Shown here one piece after another: positions 18,629-39,379 of a stretch of 64,000 nt of DNA. The DNA comes from the human T2T-CHM13v2.0 reference genome, Homo sapiens: NCBI RefSeq assembly GCF_009914755.1, contig NC_060929.1; one strand, 5' to 3'. The position numbers and the translations under genes are program-made. The notes under the pieces are model-generated. The model saw only the letters and a list, made by a program, of their open reading frames with translations. It ran no database searches and was not told where the DNA came from. Position 1 is the first letter of the stretch, and every line of letters begins with the position of its first letter.

Positions 18629-19260
18629 ATTATACCTGTTACGTGCACTTTATATTATTTTTAGACATGGCATTCATTATTTCAATTAAGTTTTCTGCAT
18701 TTGTATTACACATTTAGAATATTTTGTGTTGCCTCTTTGAAGTTTCATGCATTAAAATAATAATGTAAGAAATTATAAAGTTCTCCAACTATTACTCTGT
18801 GTTAAAAGCTTCTATTTTTGCTTGAGAGTTTTTCTTTTGTAATTTAAAATAATTTTAATATAGTACTGTCTATACCATGTATCTATTTGAAGAACAGTTT
18901 ATTTCAGCAATTATAATTTATATTACAAGGCAACCATTTTATTCAGATCTATTTTTTATTGAATCTGGTTTTGAATTAATTTTGTTCTGTAATGTTGTAA
19001 CAGAGATTTTTAAAATAAATTAGGTTACCAAGTAATCTTTTACTTTTCCTTGCGTTTGTGTCTGCTGTTTTTAATTTCATCGAGATTACAGAGTTTTAGG
19101 GATGCTATAGGTATTTTTCTCTTACAGTGTTCTGTGGATTGCTTTACAGAGGGAGGGCAAATATAGTTAGCATCTCCAGGGAAGAGTATTCCATGGGAAT
19201 GATAATGGAAAAGTGATCACTCCTTTCTACTTAGCTATATCCCTATTAGGGAGAAAAATA

Positions 19261-19293
19261 TACACACACACATACACACACCCACACACACAC
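19261..19293. repeat. (CA)n microsatellite, imperfect
   Basis: Direct reading; immediately 5' of the L1. Confidence 0.9.
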
Positions 19294-27066
<7,773 letters not shown>

Positions 27067-28029
27067 GTGAATACTAAACTTTTGAAATAATGATATGTTT
27101 GAATGTTGTCAATGGTAGACTGTTGCTAATGTATGATTCAGACATATGACAACAATCCACTGGAAAATAAGTGGAGCAGTTAGAAGAAAACTAGTGCTTT
27201 CACCCCTGTGTTAGCAGTATCTGGCTTGTCTCATTCTAGTCTTTATTTCAAACCACAGGGACTTTGTGACTTTAGCTGTTAATTTCTCTCTTCTGATACG
27301 CCTCTTGTCATTCTGACACTACAACTATACCAGTGTTCTAAGACTGACTAATGGCTTGAGTTATACTGTAGGCTTTCCATTGAAGATGACATGTGTGTAA
27401 TGTTTATTGGTCATTCAAAGAACTAACACACTTCTAACAAAAGGGACAGGACACCATTTATCTATCCTGAATATGACAATGGGCATGGCTTAAGCCCCAA
27501 TATGGACAAGAACATATACTTGTGGAAGGATGATAAAAACTAAATATGTTAATTGTGTGTATACAGTTTTTGTGCATTATAAATATAAGTGCTCATATGT
27601 GTATATGGCTGTGCAGAAAAGATAAAGTTCATCTAATAAATTTCCTCTATTTCAAATTAATTTAGCCTTTTAATTTTTTCATATAATGTCTCAATTCTTC
27701 CATCAAAATCTATCTTCAGAAACAATCTGAGGTAAGTAATACTGAATTTAGTAAGATTTTCAGGCTCATGGGTGAAAAAAAGTGTTTTGCTTCCTCTATA
27801 AGTGCATCTTTATGCTTTCAGCGAGTAACCTGAGGGTACATTTTGGCAACAAAAATGGGATATCTTGTAGGAAAAACATGTCATAGTTAACATAACAAAT
27901 GAAGTAGCAATTTCATAGCACATATATGATGTATATGAGCATAATATTTAAACCAGGCTATTTTGAAGTTGGGTATATTGTAAACAAATATAGAAGAGTA
28001 TTAAGCAAAAGAAGTGATGGAATAGGCTC

Positions 28030-28245
28030 CATGGGGTCATGTGGGCTTCCTTTTGCAACTGAAACTAACAGATAAAGAAGGGGCTTGTTATTTGGCTGGA
28101 TGATCCCGATTATGAAGGGTTAAAAGAGTTGCTGTACCAGCGTGGATATAGAGAAGAACTTTTCTGCAATCCATAGGATGTGCTGGTGCCTTCTTAAAAC
28201 CCCAGTTCTAATTGTAAATGTGAATGGAAGACTAGATAAGCCCTA
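28030..28245 (+). mobile_element. ERV-L internal relic (dUTPase C-terminal region)
   Basis: My translation from 28069 is QIKKGLVIWLDDPDYEGLKELLYQRGYREELFCNP*DVL and, after a frameshift, PVLIVNVNGRLDKP. This resembles the HERV-L dUTPase region (...KKGVTVLAGVIDPDY...HNGGKEEYVWN.GDPLG...VIKVNGKLQQP). Confidence 0.75.
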
Positions 28246-28751
28246 AGTATATTAGACTAGCAAGGACTTCAAAATTGAAGTTTTGAGTCATTTCATTAAG
28301 TCGAAAATATTGAAAAGCGTAAGCGATATCTAAGAGCAAAAGGAACATGGTATATTGCAATATGTAAAGATCAACTCTGGTCTTACAAATAATGACTGAA
28401 ACAAAGCCTATAGAGATTGCATGTTTCACTCAATATATGCAACAATAAATATAATACATATTATGTATATGCTAGCATTTATATTATATACATTTTACTC
28501 TATCTTGTTTCTCTTATTTCATAGGCATGTGTAGGTGATGATCATCTTTATGATTTAGAGTTCAAATTTCTGATTATTAAAGTTTTATTGTGACCAAACC
28601 AAAATAAGATTAGCTGTAACCCAGACCTGGGAGCTGAACTGATGAATTTTGGATCCCTTTTTTTTGATGAGTCATAAGCATGTTTTTATTAACATGAGGA
28701 AGACTTCATTACATTCAACAGGAGCAAGTTGTTTTACCTGTTGCTATTTTT

Positions 28752-28753
<2 letters not shown>

Positions 28754-28791
<38 letters not shown>

Positions 28792-28825
28792 TGTGTGTGT
28801 GTGTATGTGTGTGTGTGTTGTGTGT
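28754..28825. repeat. (TA)n(TG)n compound microsatellite
   Basis: Direct reading. Confidence 0.95.
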
Positions 28826-28919
28826 ACTCCATTGAAATTAAATAGTAAAGAGATGAATGGTACTGTATGTTATCTACTAAAATTTGTCAAAATTTTCTAT
28901 TTCTTTTATGTTAACTTTT

Positions 28920-29380
28920 GTAGCTAAGGGGCTGGAAAACTATTGCCTAAGTTCTATACTCAGATTTAAACCAGATATGGTTTTTGTTGCTGGGATGTCT
29001 CAACATGAAAACTGCAGTGGCGACAGGGAGGCAGAAGATGCTGCCTTCCGGCAGTGGTTGTGGCCTAGGGATAGGTTACAGCTGACAGGAGCATCTGCAG
29101 AGCCAGGACTCATGTTCCCCTGACTGCGTTACAGTTGTGAGTGTATGACAGCTGTGGCAGCAGCAGCACTGGCTGCAAAGCCTGCAGTGTTTTCTGGATC
29201 TCTAGTTCAACACTGTGGTTGCAGGTTCTTGAAACAAAGTTTCCCATGGTACTGGCTCTAGGTCCTCACCTCTAACCCTTCCAGTGACGTTAAGGGATCT
29301 AATTTTCTGTTAATCCATTCTTAACATAAATGAAAATCCCAGCATTTTCTGTTTCCTATGCTGAATCCCCACTCATCTAA
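28920..29380 (+). mobile_element. ERVL-class LTR (LTR33/LTR16/LTR41 group)
   Basis: GC-richer GCAGTGG/GCAGCAGC tract; terminus CCCTTCCAGTGA...TAATTTTCTG...TTTCTGTTTCCTATGCTGAATCCC is typical of ERVL LTRs. Confidence 0.6.
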
Positions 29381-29390
29381 AAATGTTTTA

Positions 29391-29491
29391 TCCATATATA
29401 TATGGAGATACATATATATAAACCTATATATGTATAAACCTATATATATATATAAACCTATATATGTATAAACCTATATATATATAGGTTT
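29391..29491. repeat. AT-rich minisatellite (AAACCTATATA...) with flanking palindromes
   Basis: Four AAACCTATATA units read directly. Confidence 0.9.
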
Positions 29492-30096
29492 CAGGATTTA
29501 CTTTTAATCAGAGAAAAATATAATCGGGCTACATCAATATATTTACTGTATAGGTGATGAGAAATTTAATTATTTTGGAAAATAAATACAAAATATATGT
29601 ATATACATATATCTATCTATTTCAGGTACAACTTATTATATGTTCATAAAATATCAAATTTCCACATTTGGGGGTTTGCTATATCTTAAATATCACTATA
29701 CAGCCAAAGTATATAAATTCCTTATTTTATTTCAAAATCTGGAAATGGGAAGTGCATATCCTAAGGATAATTTGAAAACATTTTCATTATTAACTGCCAC
29801 AAATTTGTTAGGTAATTATGAACATGAAACAATAAATAGCATGCATATATATATATGCTATATATACTATTTAATAGTATTATTAAATAGTACACAGTAT
29901 TTTAAATCACATCTCCATGACAATATTCCAGATTTTAATATCACGAAGATAAATTAGCCATGTTTAATTTTCTTAGATTTCCTCAACCACAATTCGAGAT
30001 CCTAATGTAAAACCTGAACATGAGACACTGTGGAAGTCTCCTCCAGCTGTTCAGTGAATTTGGAGTTGCTTTTAGCGATGGCCCATCTCTCAGTGG

Positions 30097-30106
30097 CTGA
30101 TTGGCT
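30097..30106 (-). promoter_or_regulatory. Candidate NF-Y CCAAT box (AGCCAATCAG)
   Basis: CTGATTGGCT on + strand, followed by GTCCCGCC and TGTCA, in non-repeat sequence; motif match only. Confidence 0.35.
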
Positions 30107-30694
30107 GTCCCGCCTGTCATTTCCATGGATGCCATTTCTTTCTTGCAGTTCTGAAAATGTCATATATTTTGCTCCTGGGAAGATTCTTTTTATCCTTTTC
30201 AAATTTCAACAATTTAGTGCAATTTCAAAAGAAATATCCTCATGTTATAAAATATATAATTGGAAATCTAAAGGTTTGATCATAATTAAAAATATTTTAA
30301 ATACATATGCATCACTTGTAATTTTGCAGCCTGTAATTGTATTTCACCTAGGTCCATACATACACATATGCAAAAGTACAATCAAGTTAAAAATGCTTTA
30401 AAAAGAAACAGTTGAAGGATTTTCACGTACCCTTTTAAGACATTTCTTCTGACAAGGTGAGTCAGTCTTTCACTGAGCTCAGTGTGGTGTGTCATGCAGG
30501 GGATGTGGATTCCTTGAATCTTCATAAAGGGAGCTTTCAGAATTTAGGACAAAGGATAGTATAAAAAGCACATAAGGTAAAATTTGATGTTGTTTCCATC
30601 CATTAAAATGATCTCTTCCCAAAACTACTTAAAACAAACAATGTCTATGTTGGATTTAAAACTTACATAAATATGTCATTGCTTTGTAGTGGTC

Positions 30695-30708
30695 GTTGCC
30701 TTGGTAAC
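30695..30708. promoter_or_regulatory. Candidate RFX X-box (GTTGCCTTGGTAAC)
   Basis: Close match to GTTGCCATGGCAAC, flanked symmetrically by retained CpGs (TCG...CGA); motif match only. Confidence 0.5.
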
Positions 30709-30752
30709 GATAATGTAGGAAATTCATATGCTCTTTTTGGTTGGAGGGGTAG

Positions 30753-30757
<5 letters not shown>

Positions 30758-30793
<36 letters not shown>

Positions 30794-30796
30794 TAC
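30758..30796. repeat. (TA)n(CA)n microsatellite
   Basis: Direct reading. Confidence 0.95.
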
Positions 30797-32749
30797 AATT
30801 GTTTATCAATAAAATTCCTTGAAGGAGGAATAATAAAACTAGCAGTTCTTAATTTCTAAATGAAAAGCCACATTTATGTAAACCTAAGACCTTAGAGATA
30901 GAAAATATTTGTTGTCATAGAAAATATTTATTAAGTGCCAACTATATGCCAAAATAATGCAACAAAGAACCTGCGGTTTTAATTTTCATATATTAATTGT
31001 GGTGACAAACTGCTTTTCATACATGTATATCTCAACATTACCTCTTTAGTGGGGAGAATACAGTTACCGAATACAGACTCCATATTCCTCAGATGTAGTT
31101 AAGATGGAAGCAGCTTCCACTTTACCTGCTCATTTAATCAACATAACCCTCAAAAATCTATTTTCATATCTCTATTACATACATCCAGGAAACTTGCTGA
31201 GACCTCTATGCTTCTATATGTATCATTCACTATACCAGCTATTTTTAAATTTTGATTTTGTAAACACAAGCTGTTCTCCTTGAGATCTAGATATGACAAA
31301 GAAAACAGATCTCTCCACTCCCCTCTCACAATTTTAAGCTAATGTTTAGAGCATATCCACTCTGGATGGCAAACAAATGATACCAGACAATAATACTACA
31401 TGTATTTTTAAGCTGATAAAAGATTATACATGTGGGTAAATTGGTCCCAATCATAAGGCTAGCAATGATTATTGAATATTTTGATAATGAACTATGTAAC
31501 TTCCAAACACTAGCAAATAATGATTATTGTTTAAAACTTTTAGATGGATAATTATATCCTTCATACTTTTTTCTTTGTAAAAAATGATCTTGTGAAAAAG
31601 TTCCAAGTGGAGTTGCTAAAATTATGTGACCTGTTTATTAAATAACTGATTTATGTAATTCACAGTAAGTTTGTAATATATTTAAATATTCATCCTATTA
31701 CAGTTCAAGATAAAAAAGTTTTTTTCCAGATTCTTCTGTTTCTTACATTTTTACTTCCAATTATGCCTTAGGTTAAAGAAAATCATAATCTTTTTCAAAA
31801 TTAATTGACGTCCTGCAGCTCTGGGTTGAAATTTCATGGCAATTGTTTTCAAACATTGAAGTTCTGTAGCTGACAAAATGAAATATAAAATAACCATGGT
31901 TACTGTAGGGAATAACAATGTTTACTTTTATTCAAGCTTTTTTTAATGCTTATATGGTTCAGGTTTTTATTTTAATATTCATGTTCTTATCTAATAGATT
32001 CAACTTTACTAAAATGTCTAAAGAAAACACTAGATTTTTATTTACATATACAAACTAGAAAGATTTTTCCATATGCTCCATCTTATCTGATAGGGTTTTA
32101 AATAATAAATATAATAAATCATTAATTGAATATTCTATAGATAAAATTGCTATAATAATATAATTGTTAATATTATTAATAATACTAATTAATAAATAAT
32201 CATTGCTACTCGCTAAAGAATGATAGACCAATGGCATTTTGATAAATAATAGCTTGTACTCCCACCATGCATTCGGGCCCTGGGGCCATTTTTATGATCA
32301 AAAGGCTTTACAGATTTATGGCAAACATTATAGTGTGTCATTTTTAGAGACTGTAAAATGTTCATAGAACTTAGTGGCAGTGAATTTTATCCTTTCCTTT
32401 TTTCTAATATCAATAGCCAATGAGACTATACAACTTTCTAGATAATAGAATGAGACAATGCTGGGGTTTAGTTCTCCTGACTCTAATTACATGCCTACCT
32501 CCCTTATTAATTATCTTTAATATAAAAAGTTGGGAAACTTCATACTAAACAATCAAAGTTCTATTAGAAGGCTTCATTAGGTGAGTGATCAAATTATGAA
32601 GATAAAGAGGAAATGTAAATATGATAATAAAAATACCTTACACTCTGACTAGACAGAAAAAGACTATTATAGATAAGTTGAAAATAAACCCACATTTGTT
32701 CAAGAGGAGGGTAAGTAAGTACATAGATAGAGGCTGCAATTCACTTAGT

Positions 32750-32962
32750 GATGAACAGCCTGGAGTTTGAGGTCAAGTTCTGAATACGCAGTTCAGTGGC
32801 CACTTGGATTTGGGCAAATTATTTTATTCTTTATGATGCAATTTTCCATATCTCTAAAATCATTCAACCATTCTAACCTCCTAAGGTTCATGTAAATAAA
32901 TGAGAACATGAAAAAGATACAGCTTAATACCTTGTACATATTGAAAACTCAAATTTTAGCTC
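32750..32962 (+). mobile_element. MIR SINE
   Basis: TTTGGGCAAATTATTT...TTTTCCATATCTCTAAAAT...AAATAAATGAGA. Confidence 0.65.
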
Positions 32963-33469
32963 TTCTCATAATTACCTTCCCACTAAAAATAATTTGAGGA
33001 ATACAAAACATTAAATGATGGGGGTATCCTTAACATTTTAAGTCCATTTAATGGAAAGTAAGTAGATCCTTTCAAAAATTGTATAAGCACTTCAAAGTGA
33101 CATTTATTTTCATGGAACAATTATAAGTTTAAATACATATGCAATTTTAATTTAAACTAAAAGCATACATTATATTTTTAGTTTTTAAATATTTTTACAA
33201 ATTAGCATCCTACAAAGAATTAACATTCTAAAATATGTCTAAATTTTTCTCCCTATGATGTTTAGGTATAGTATTTGGTTTATTATTATTATTATTATTA
33301 TTATTAAAAAGAATTTAGAAACTTGAGTATAGTCTAAAATGTTCACCATTCTCCATGTATTAAATTCCTGAGTTAAGCTACCAATTGATATTTCCACAAG
33401 AAAACCAGGTAATGATCGTAAGTTTAGTAATTCTTAACTGTAAAACAGGAAATTTTTAAAGAGGGGAAA

Positions 33470-33944
33470 TATATAAGTCTGGGTCCTCCAACAGGTTCTC
33501 TAGAACCAATAGGATGTATTTGCATGGGAATGTGATTTATATAAAGGAATTAGCTCATGTGATTATAAAGGATGGCCAGTCCAAAATCTGCCAGATGAGC
33601 TGGCAGGTGGAGACCAAGGAAAGAGCCAAAGTTATTGTCTAGGTCTGAAGGTTGTCTGGCTGGAGACTCAGGAAGCAACCAATGTTGTAGGACAAGTCCA
33701 AAGAGCATCAGCGGCAGAATTTCCGCTTGCTCAAGGAGATCAGGATTTTGTAGTATTCAGGCCCTCAACTGATTGGATGAGGCCCACCTACAATTATAGA
33801 GGCCAATCTGCTTTCCTCAAGGTCTGCTGATATAAATGTAAATATCATCCAAAAACACTTTCGCAAAAACATTCAGAATTATGTTTGACCAAATATCTGG
33901 ACACTACTGCCTAGCCACAATGACACATAAATTTAACCATCACA
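33470..33944 (-). mobile_element. MLT2 (ERVL) solo LTR
   Basis: AGAACCAATAGGATG...TCAACTGATTGGATGAGGCCCACC...TGACACATAAATTTAACCATCACA; near-TSD GGAAA/GGGAA. Confidence 0.9.
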
Positions 33945-35150
33945 GGGAACCTTCTCTGTAACAATTAAATTATGGGCCTTTTCTTAAACATTGGAATTCA
34001 GTTTTCATAATGTTTACTATTCTACCTATTTTTTCTAATTTAATTTTTACTTTTAATAATATGTTTTATTTTATTCAATATAATACAGGATTTGTGTATT
34101 ATTTTCATCTTACTTACAGATTGTATTTCTTTCTGCTGCCTAGAAAAATTCAGTAGGTTTACTTAATAATTTTGATAAACAAATTATTTACGTATTCTGA
34201 GGGCCATACTGTACCTCCCTTTTGGGGTATAATCTCATCAGTCATGTTAAGTAGTAACATTGATTTTTTTTTTGCCAGAATAAAACTGTAATAAAATATA
34301 GGGGCATTTGCTACACTATAATATACTTTCCAAAAACCCCTTATAAGTGATTATTTGGTTATAAATTTCTTTGGTTTTCAGCATCACCTGACTTTCTTTA
34401 GGAAAAAAAATGAAAATTGGCTGAATATAGACAAGGTTAGAATACTAAATTTGCAGTTATTTCTTTCATTTAACAATTATAATTTAAAATAACATATTTT
34501 TCAACCAAAGCATTTTATATTTTTTGAACTTTCCCTAGTAAAGTTGTGGAAATGTTAAAAGGAATACTAAAATCAAGAGTGCACATGAAAATACAGTTCT
34601 TCATTTCAAATGTTATACATATGAAATATCGTTGGTAAAGTTCATTTTTAGATTTATGTGGAAGTAACTTTGTCTTTCAACTTGACAGGAAAGGTTGTTC
34701 TTGGCAAAGCTCTGTGTAAATAAGTAAATGGTATAATAAGAAAAAGAAAGTTTGAGACATATTTAAGATATTTCATGTACTTATAATTACACAATTGACA
34801 CATACTCATATTAGAATACTGTATATAAAAGAATGCTAAATTGTGTTTTAAAATACATTATATATTTTTGCCCCCAGATTTCTTTCAGATGTTTTGCAGA
34901 GATATTTTGATAACACACACATGCCTTGATGAATCGCTGCACTCATTGCTTAGCATAATATATTTATTTAGAAGACTAAACCTGGAAAAGAATAGATATT
35001 TAATGACAGTCCCTAAGAAGATAAGCCAACATCTGATCAAGAAAACTTGAAACAGACTCTAGTAGATGATAAAGAGTTAAAAACAGGATTATTTGTGTCA
35101 TGCACTATGGAAATACTTCAATGTCAAAAAACTTTATGAAATATGTTTTT

Positions 35151-35470
<320 letters not shown>

Positions 35471-35512
35471 AGAATTTTTTTGTTTTATTTTTTATTGTTT
35501 CTGTTGTCTATT

Positions 35513-35984
35513 TGTGGAAATAAACAAAGGCCACTCAAATGAGAACAAGCACAGGCTATTTATTCAGAGCTTGCTATAGGAAGGGAGTCAGCTACCATCA
35601 TTTGCATAAGGCAGACCCCAAGGCAGGTGGGGTGCTGGAGAGCTTTAGAGTGACAACAGGGAAAACTTCAAATATGCTCTGAATCAAAGGTGGCAAGGGA
35701 ATTCTGGGGGCAGCTAACAGAACTGGGCATCTTATATAATTCATTTGGGAGCATGTTTTTTCCTCTTTTGTTGGTCCTGTGTGAAAGCATGGGAAGAAAT
35801 GGGGATCAGGCAGTCATTGATCAAGTCCTCATTGTTTTGGGTAAATTGCCTTAGAGTTGATGGTTTGGTTTGCCAGGATGGGTGGATGCAAAGTGTGTGG
35901 ACTCCTTGCTCAGAAGTTATAGGTCAAGCTTCTGGTGTTACATCGGGTCTGACTATTGTCCATTTCCATACTCAGTCTCCCACA
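35513..35984 (-). mobile_element. ERV1-class solo LTR (MER67-like)
   Basis: TG...CA ends; AATGAGAACAAGCACAGGCTATTTATTCAGAGCTTGCTATAG and GTCCATTTCCATACTCAGTCTC match recalled MER67 in antisense. Confidence 0.7.
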
Positions 35985-36042
35985 TGAGAAAAACCCTCTG
36001 TTAAGAAAACAAAAACAAAAACAAAAACAACAAAAAAAAAAC

Positions 36043-36206
36043 CAGCCTGGTGCAGTGGCTCACGCCTGTAATCCCAGCACTTTGGGAGATCAAGGTGGGT
36101 GGATTAGTTTTACTTGAGTTCAGGAGTTTAAGACCAGCCTGGCCAACATGGTTAACCCCCATCTATACTAAAAACAAACAAGCAAACAAATAAAAACAAA
36201 CAAACA
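36043..36206 (+). mobile_element. Alu left monomer only (FLAM or truncated Alu)
   Basis: Left arm through TACTAAAAA, then (CAAA)n with no right arm. Confidence 0.88.
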
Positions 36207-37639
36207 GACTGGAAACTAGTTATGCTACTATTTTACTCAAACAACGTAGTTTTCTTAGAGATAGACAAATACTCTAAATAGTTCCCAAATTGAAGAGAGT
36301 GGAATAGACTCCAAAATGAAAATAAAAAAATCATAATATAAAATTTTAAATACTGCAAACTGAGTGTAGATATTAGAAGTACAAAGGAAGAGGATAAAGG
36401 CAGAGAGGGATAAGAGAAGAAGCAGTAATGTCTGCAGGGAGTGTTCAAAGTCCTAATAAAATGTAAACTTCAAGAGGGAGGTTGTGAGAAAGTAGATAAA
36501 AAATGTGGGAAGAGGACCTTACATGACTGTACAGGAATTTTCGTTTCAAGATGACAATATACATATTTTTTCTTATTTTTCTATCTCAAAACTGTCTGAA
36601 AAAGTATAAGCACATTGAAAAAAAGAAAATAACTGTTTTCTCATGAAAAAAGAAATTGGCCATAATTTCCAACCACACTTTTGAAGAATGCCTTCAAAAG
36701 AAGAACATTTTGAAGAAATGTTAACAAGTCAGTACCCAACCTGGGGAGAAAATCTAAGCTCCTAGTTCTGTCTAGGATAAACCAGATAACCCAGAGTCTC
36801 ATTTCTTGATGGGCTTTCTATGGCCACCTTCTTTAGAGCAATGCAGCCTCGAAACATGAGTAGGTCTGGAGGAGTGGGGATATCCCTACAGAAAAAGTCG
36901 GTTATTACCAAGAAGAAGCGGAGGAAAGGAGCAGAAGGGAAAACATGCTGACATGCTATTTTAATTGTCCACAGCCCTGGGTCTTGGCCAAAGGAGCATT
37001 CGGGGATAGAATGAGGGAAGCAGAGAGAGACAGTGAATCCCAGCAACTTCTTAGGTTTAAGGTCTCTGTTAGGTGCAACTCCACAGTTGAATGACGAAAA
37101 ATAAGAGGAAATGTGAAAGTACAAGGCTGTAAATTGTACAGGCAAAAACACCTGAATATAACATTGTACCTTTCTCATTTCTCTATAATTTTATGTAACT
37201 TGGCCTTGGAGTTTATCATTTTTTTCTCTACCGTATGAATATTTGGCCATTCAAAACCTCTGACAGCTCATTCTCTTCCAATCTGAAAGTCTCTTTGGTT
37301 ACATCCTCAGTCAAGATCAGGTTTCTCTTTGTTTCTCTTCTCTCTTATACTTAGATTATTTGAAATTCAAAGTTTTACTGTATAAATGTTAAGGCCCTTT
37401 TAATGTGTTCACAAATCAACCGAGACAACAAATGTCAATAACCTAAAGGAGAACGGCATTGGCAAAAACAACAAAAAAGAATGCTTAAAGCAGTGCCCAG
37501 GTTAGGATTATTCTAAAGCCTGCTTCAGAAATAAAATGATAATGCTATAGTAATGACAGCCTATTCAGCAACAAACCACAACTGAAGTTGAAGACTCCAA
37601 CTGTTCTTTTATTTTTCTCTATTTCCATCTCTAATTTGA

Positions 37640-38470
37640 AAGTGCTCATCCCAAAGAACAATCAGATCATGGCATCTACCTACAGAAACAGGAAGCGGAA
37701 ATGTCACAGGAAAAACATACAACCAGGAAACAAGAAAGAGTTTATACTAATAGTTGACCATAGTGATCACAAAGATACTGTTGGCATAATCTCTGTTTAA
37801 TAAAAGAGATCTCAAAAAAAGACAAAAGTGACAAAAGAGAGACTATGAGACAGATTAGATTTAAATATCGAGTTCTAGAACTCAGAAAATAGTCAAAAGA
37901 TAGCAATGGGAAAATACAATGTAGAAATAAGGCACAGTAGAAACAACAGCCACACCATAGTTATTAATGCATCTGAAAAGTTCAGGAAGAATGGAATACA
38001 ACTTGACTAAGTCACAAAATAAAAGTTTGTGAATTGGACAGGACAAGAGACAAAATCAGTTATAAAGAGATGATAAATATAAGAAACAAAAGAGATCCAA
38101 GTGTGGATAAATAATATTATTGAGTTGAGAAGAGAAAGAAATGGAACAGGAAACAGATAAATAAGTAATTAAGTCTGTGATGAAATAGATAGGCATCTGA
38201 AGATTGAAAAACACACCATATACTGAGAAAGTAATTTAGGTCAACACAGGACTTATCTTTGTGATATTAGTGAATTTAAAATAAAGGAGATTGCAAACCC
38301 CCTGGGTAAAATAAACAAGTTACTAGGAAAGGGGAAACAATTTATCTTTAGGTTTCTACAGCTCAATACTGTGATGTTCATGTTTTCGTTTAAAGGGTGT
38401 GACCCCAAAATTTTAAACCTAATCATATTGTCTTTTAAACACAAAAGTGAAAGGATAAAATATTCATGAT
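37640..38470 (+). mobile_element. Very old L1M ORF1-region relic
   Basis: A-rich purine-biased tract with CTGAAGATTGAAAAACACACCA and TGACCCCAAAATTTTAAACC-type L1 ORF1 motifs. Confidence 0.4.
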
Positions 38471-38632
38471 TTTTAGGATAAAAATTAGTGGATTAATGTC
38501 TGCCAATCCAAAAATAAAGGAAAATTAATAACACTGTAATCCAGAATATTTAATATTTTACACATAGAATTGAATATACCATTATTTAAAATATACAATT
38601 GATAAAAAATTATGGTGATTATTTAATATTCA

Positions 38633-38664
38633 TTTTTTTGAGATGGAGTCTTGCTCTGTCGCCA
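38633..38664 (-). mobile_element. Ultra-short Alu 3' stub
   Basis: TTTTTTTGAGATGGAGTCTTGCTCTGTCGCCA. Confidence 0.8.
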
Positions 38665-38796
38665 ATATACTAATGAGGAAACAATGTGGGAATTATCGTT
38701 TCAGAGCAAAATTTTATAGTAATTGAGAGATAAATTGTAAATGTGCTCTTCACGCTTTTACTTGTATGGCATGGAAAATATTATAAGCATGCTCCT

Positions 38797-39335
38797 CCAT
38801 TCATTTATTTCATAAAGGATAATTAGTAGTTGCTATGCTCAAGACACAGTTCTCCATGCAATCAAACACCTATCTCTAACCTTACGTAGCTTTCAGTCTA
38901 TTGCCTGTGGAGGCAGAGGGGGATAAAGGCATTAAACATAAAAAATAAGTAAATTTTATGAGATGTTAGAAGTTGACAAATTTTACAAAAATAAAAATAA
39001 AAAAATAAAAGAGAAAAGGCATGAAGGAGCTGTGGGTGCTAGTGGAGGGTGGGGCAAAATTGTTCAGTGTGGCCCCACAGAGAAGGTGATGTTTGAACAA
39101 AGATTTGAAGGAGAAGGTAGAAAGGAAACCATTTAGAAATTTGAAGGAAAAGCAAATGTCAAAAGGAATAGCCAAGCAAAAGCAGTGCTCATGTTTGAAT
39201 TAATGTCATAAAGGCCAATGAAGCTGGGGTGGAGGCAGCAAAGAGGGAAATAGTAAGTGAGGGCTCAGGGAGTAATCGTGAACCAGGTTGTTTTGAGCCT
39301 TATAGGCTCTTGAAAGAGCTTTGAATTTCTCTTAT
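38797..39335 (-). mobile_element. L2 3' fragment
   Basis: CATTCATTTATT...GAAGGTGATGTTTGAACAAAGATTTGAAGGA. Confidence 0.75.
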
Positions 39336-39379
39336 AGTTCTTGTCAAAGAATTAACTAATACAGAACAAATTTAAAATA

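Noticed and set aside
36762-37178. 138-aa minus-strand ORF
   Set aside because: No domain similarity; lies in probable decayed repeat sequence.
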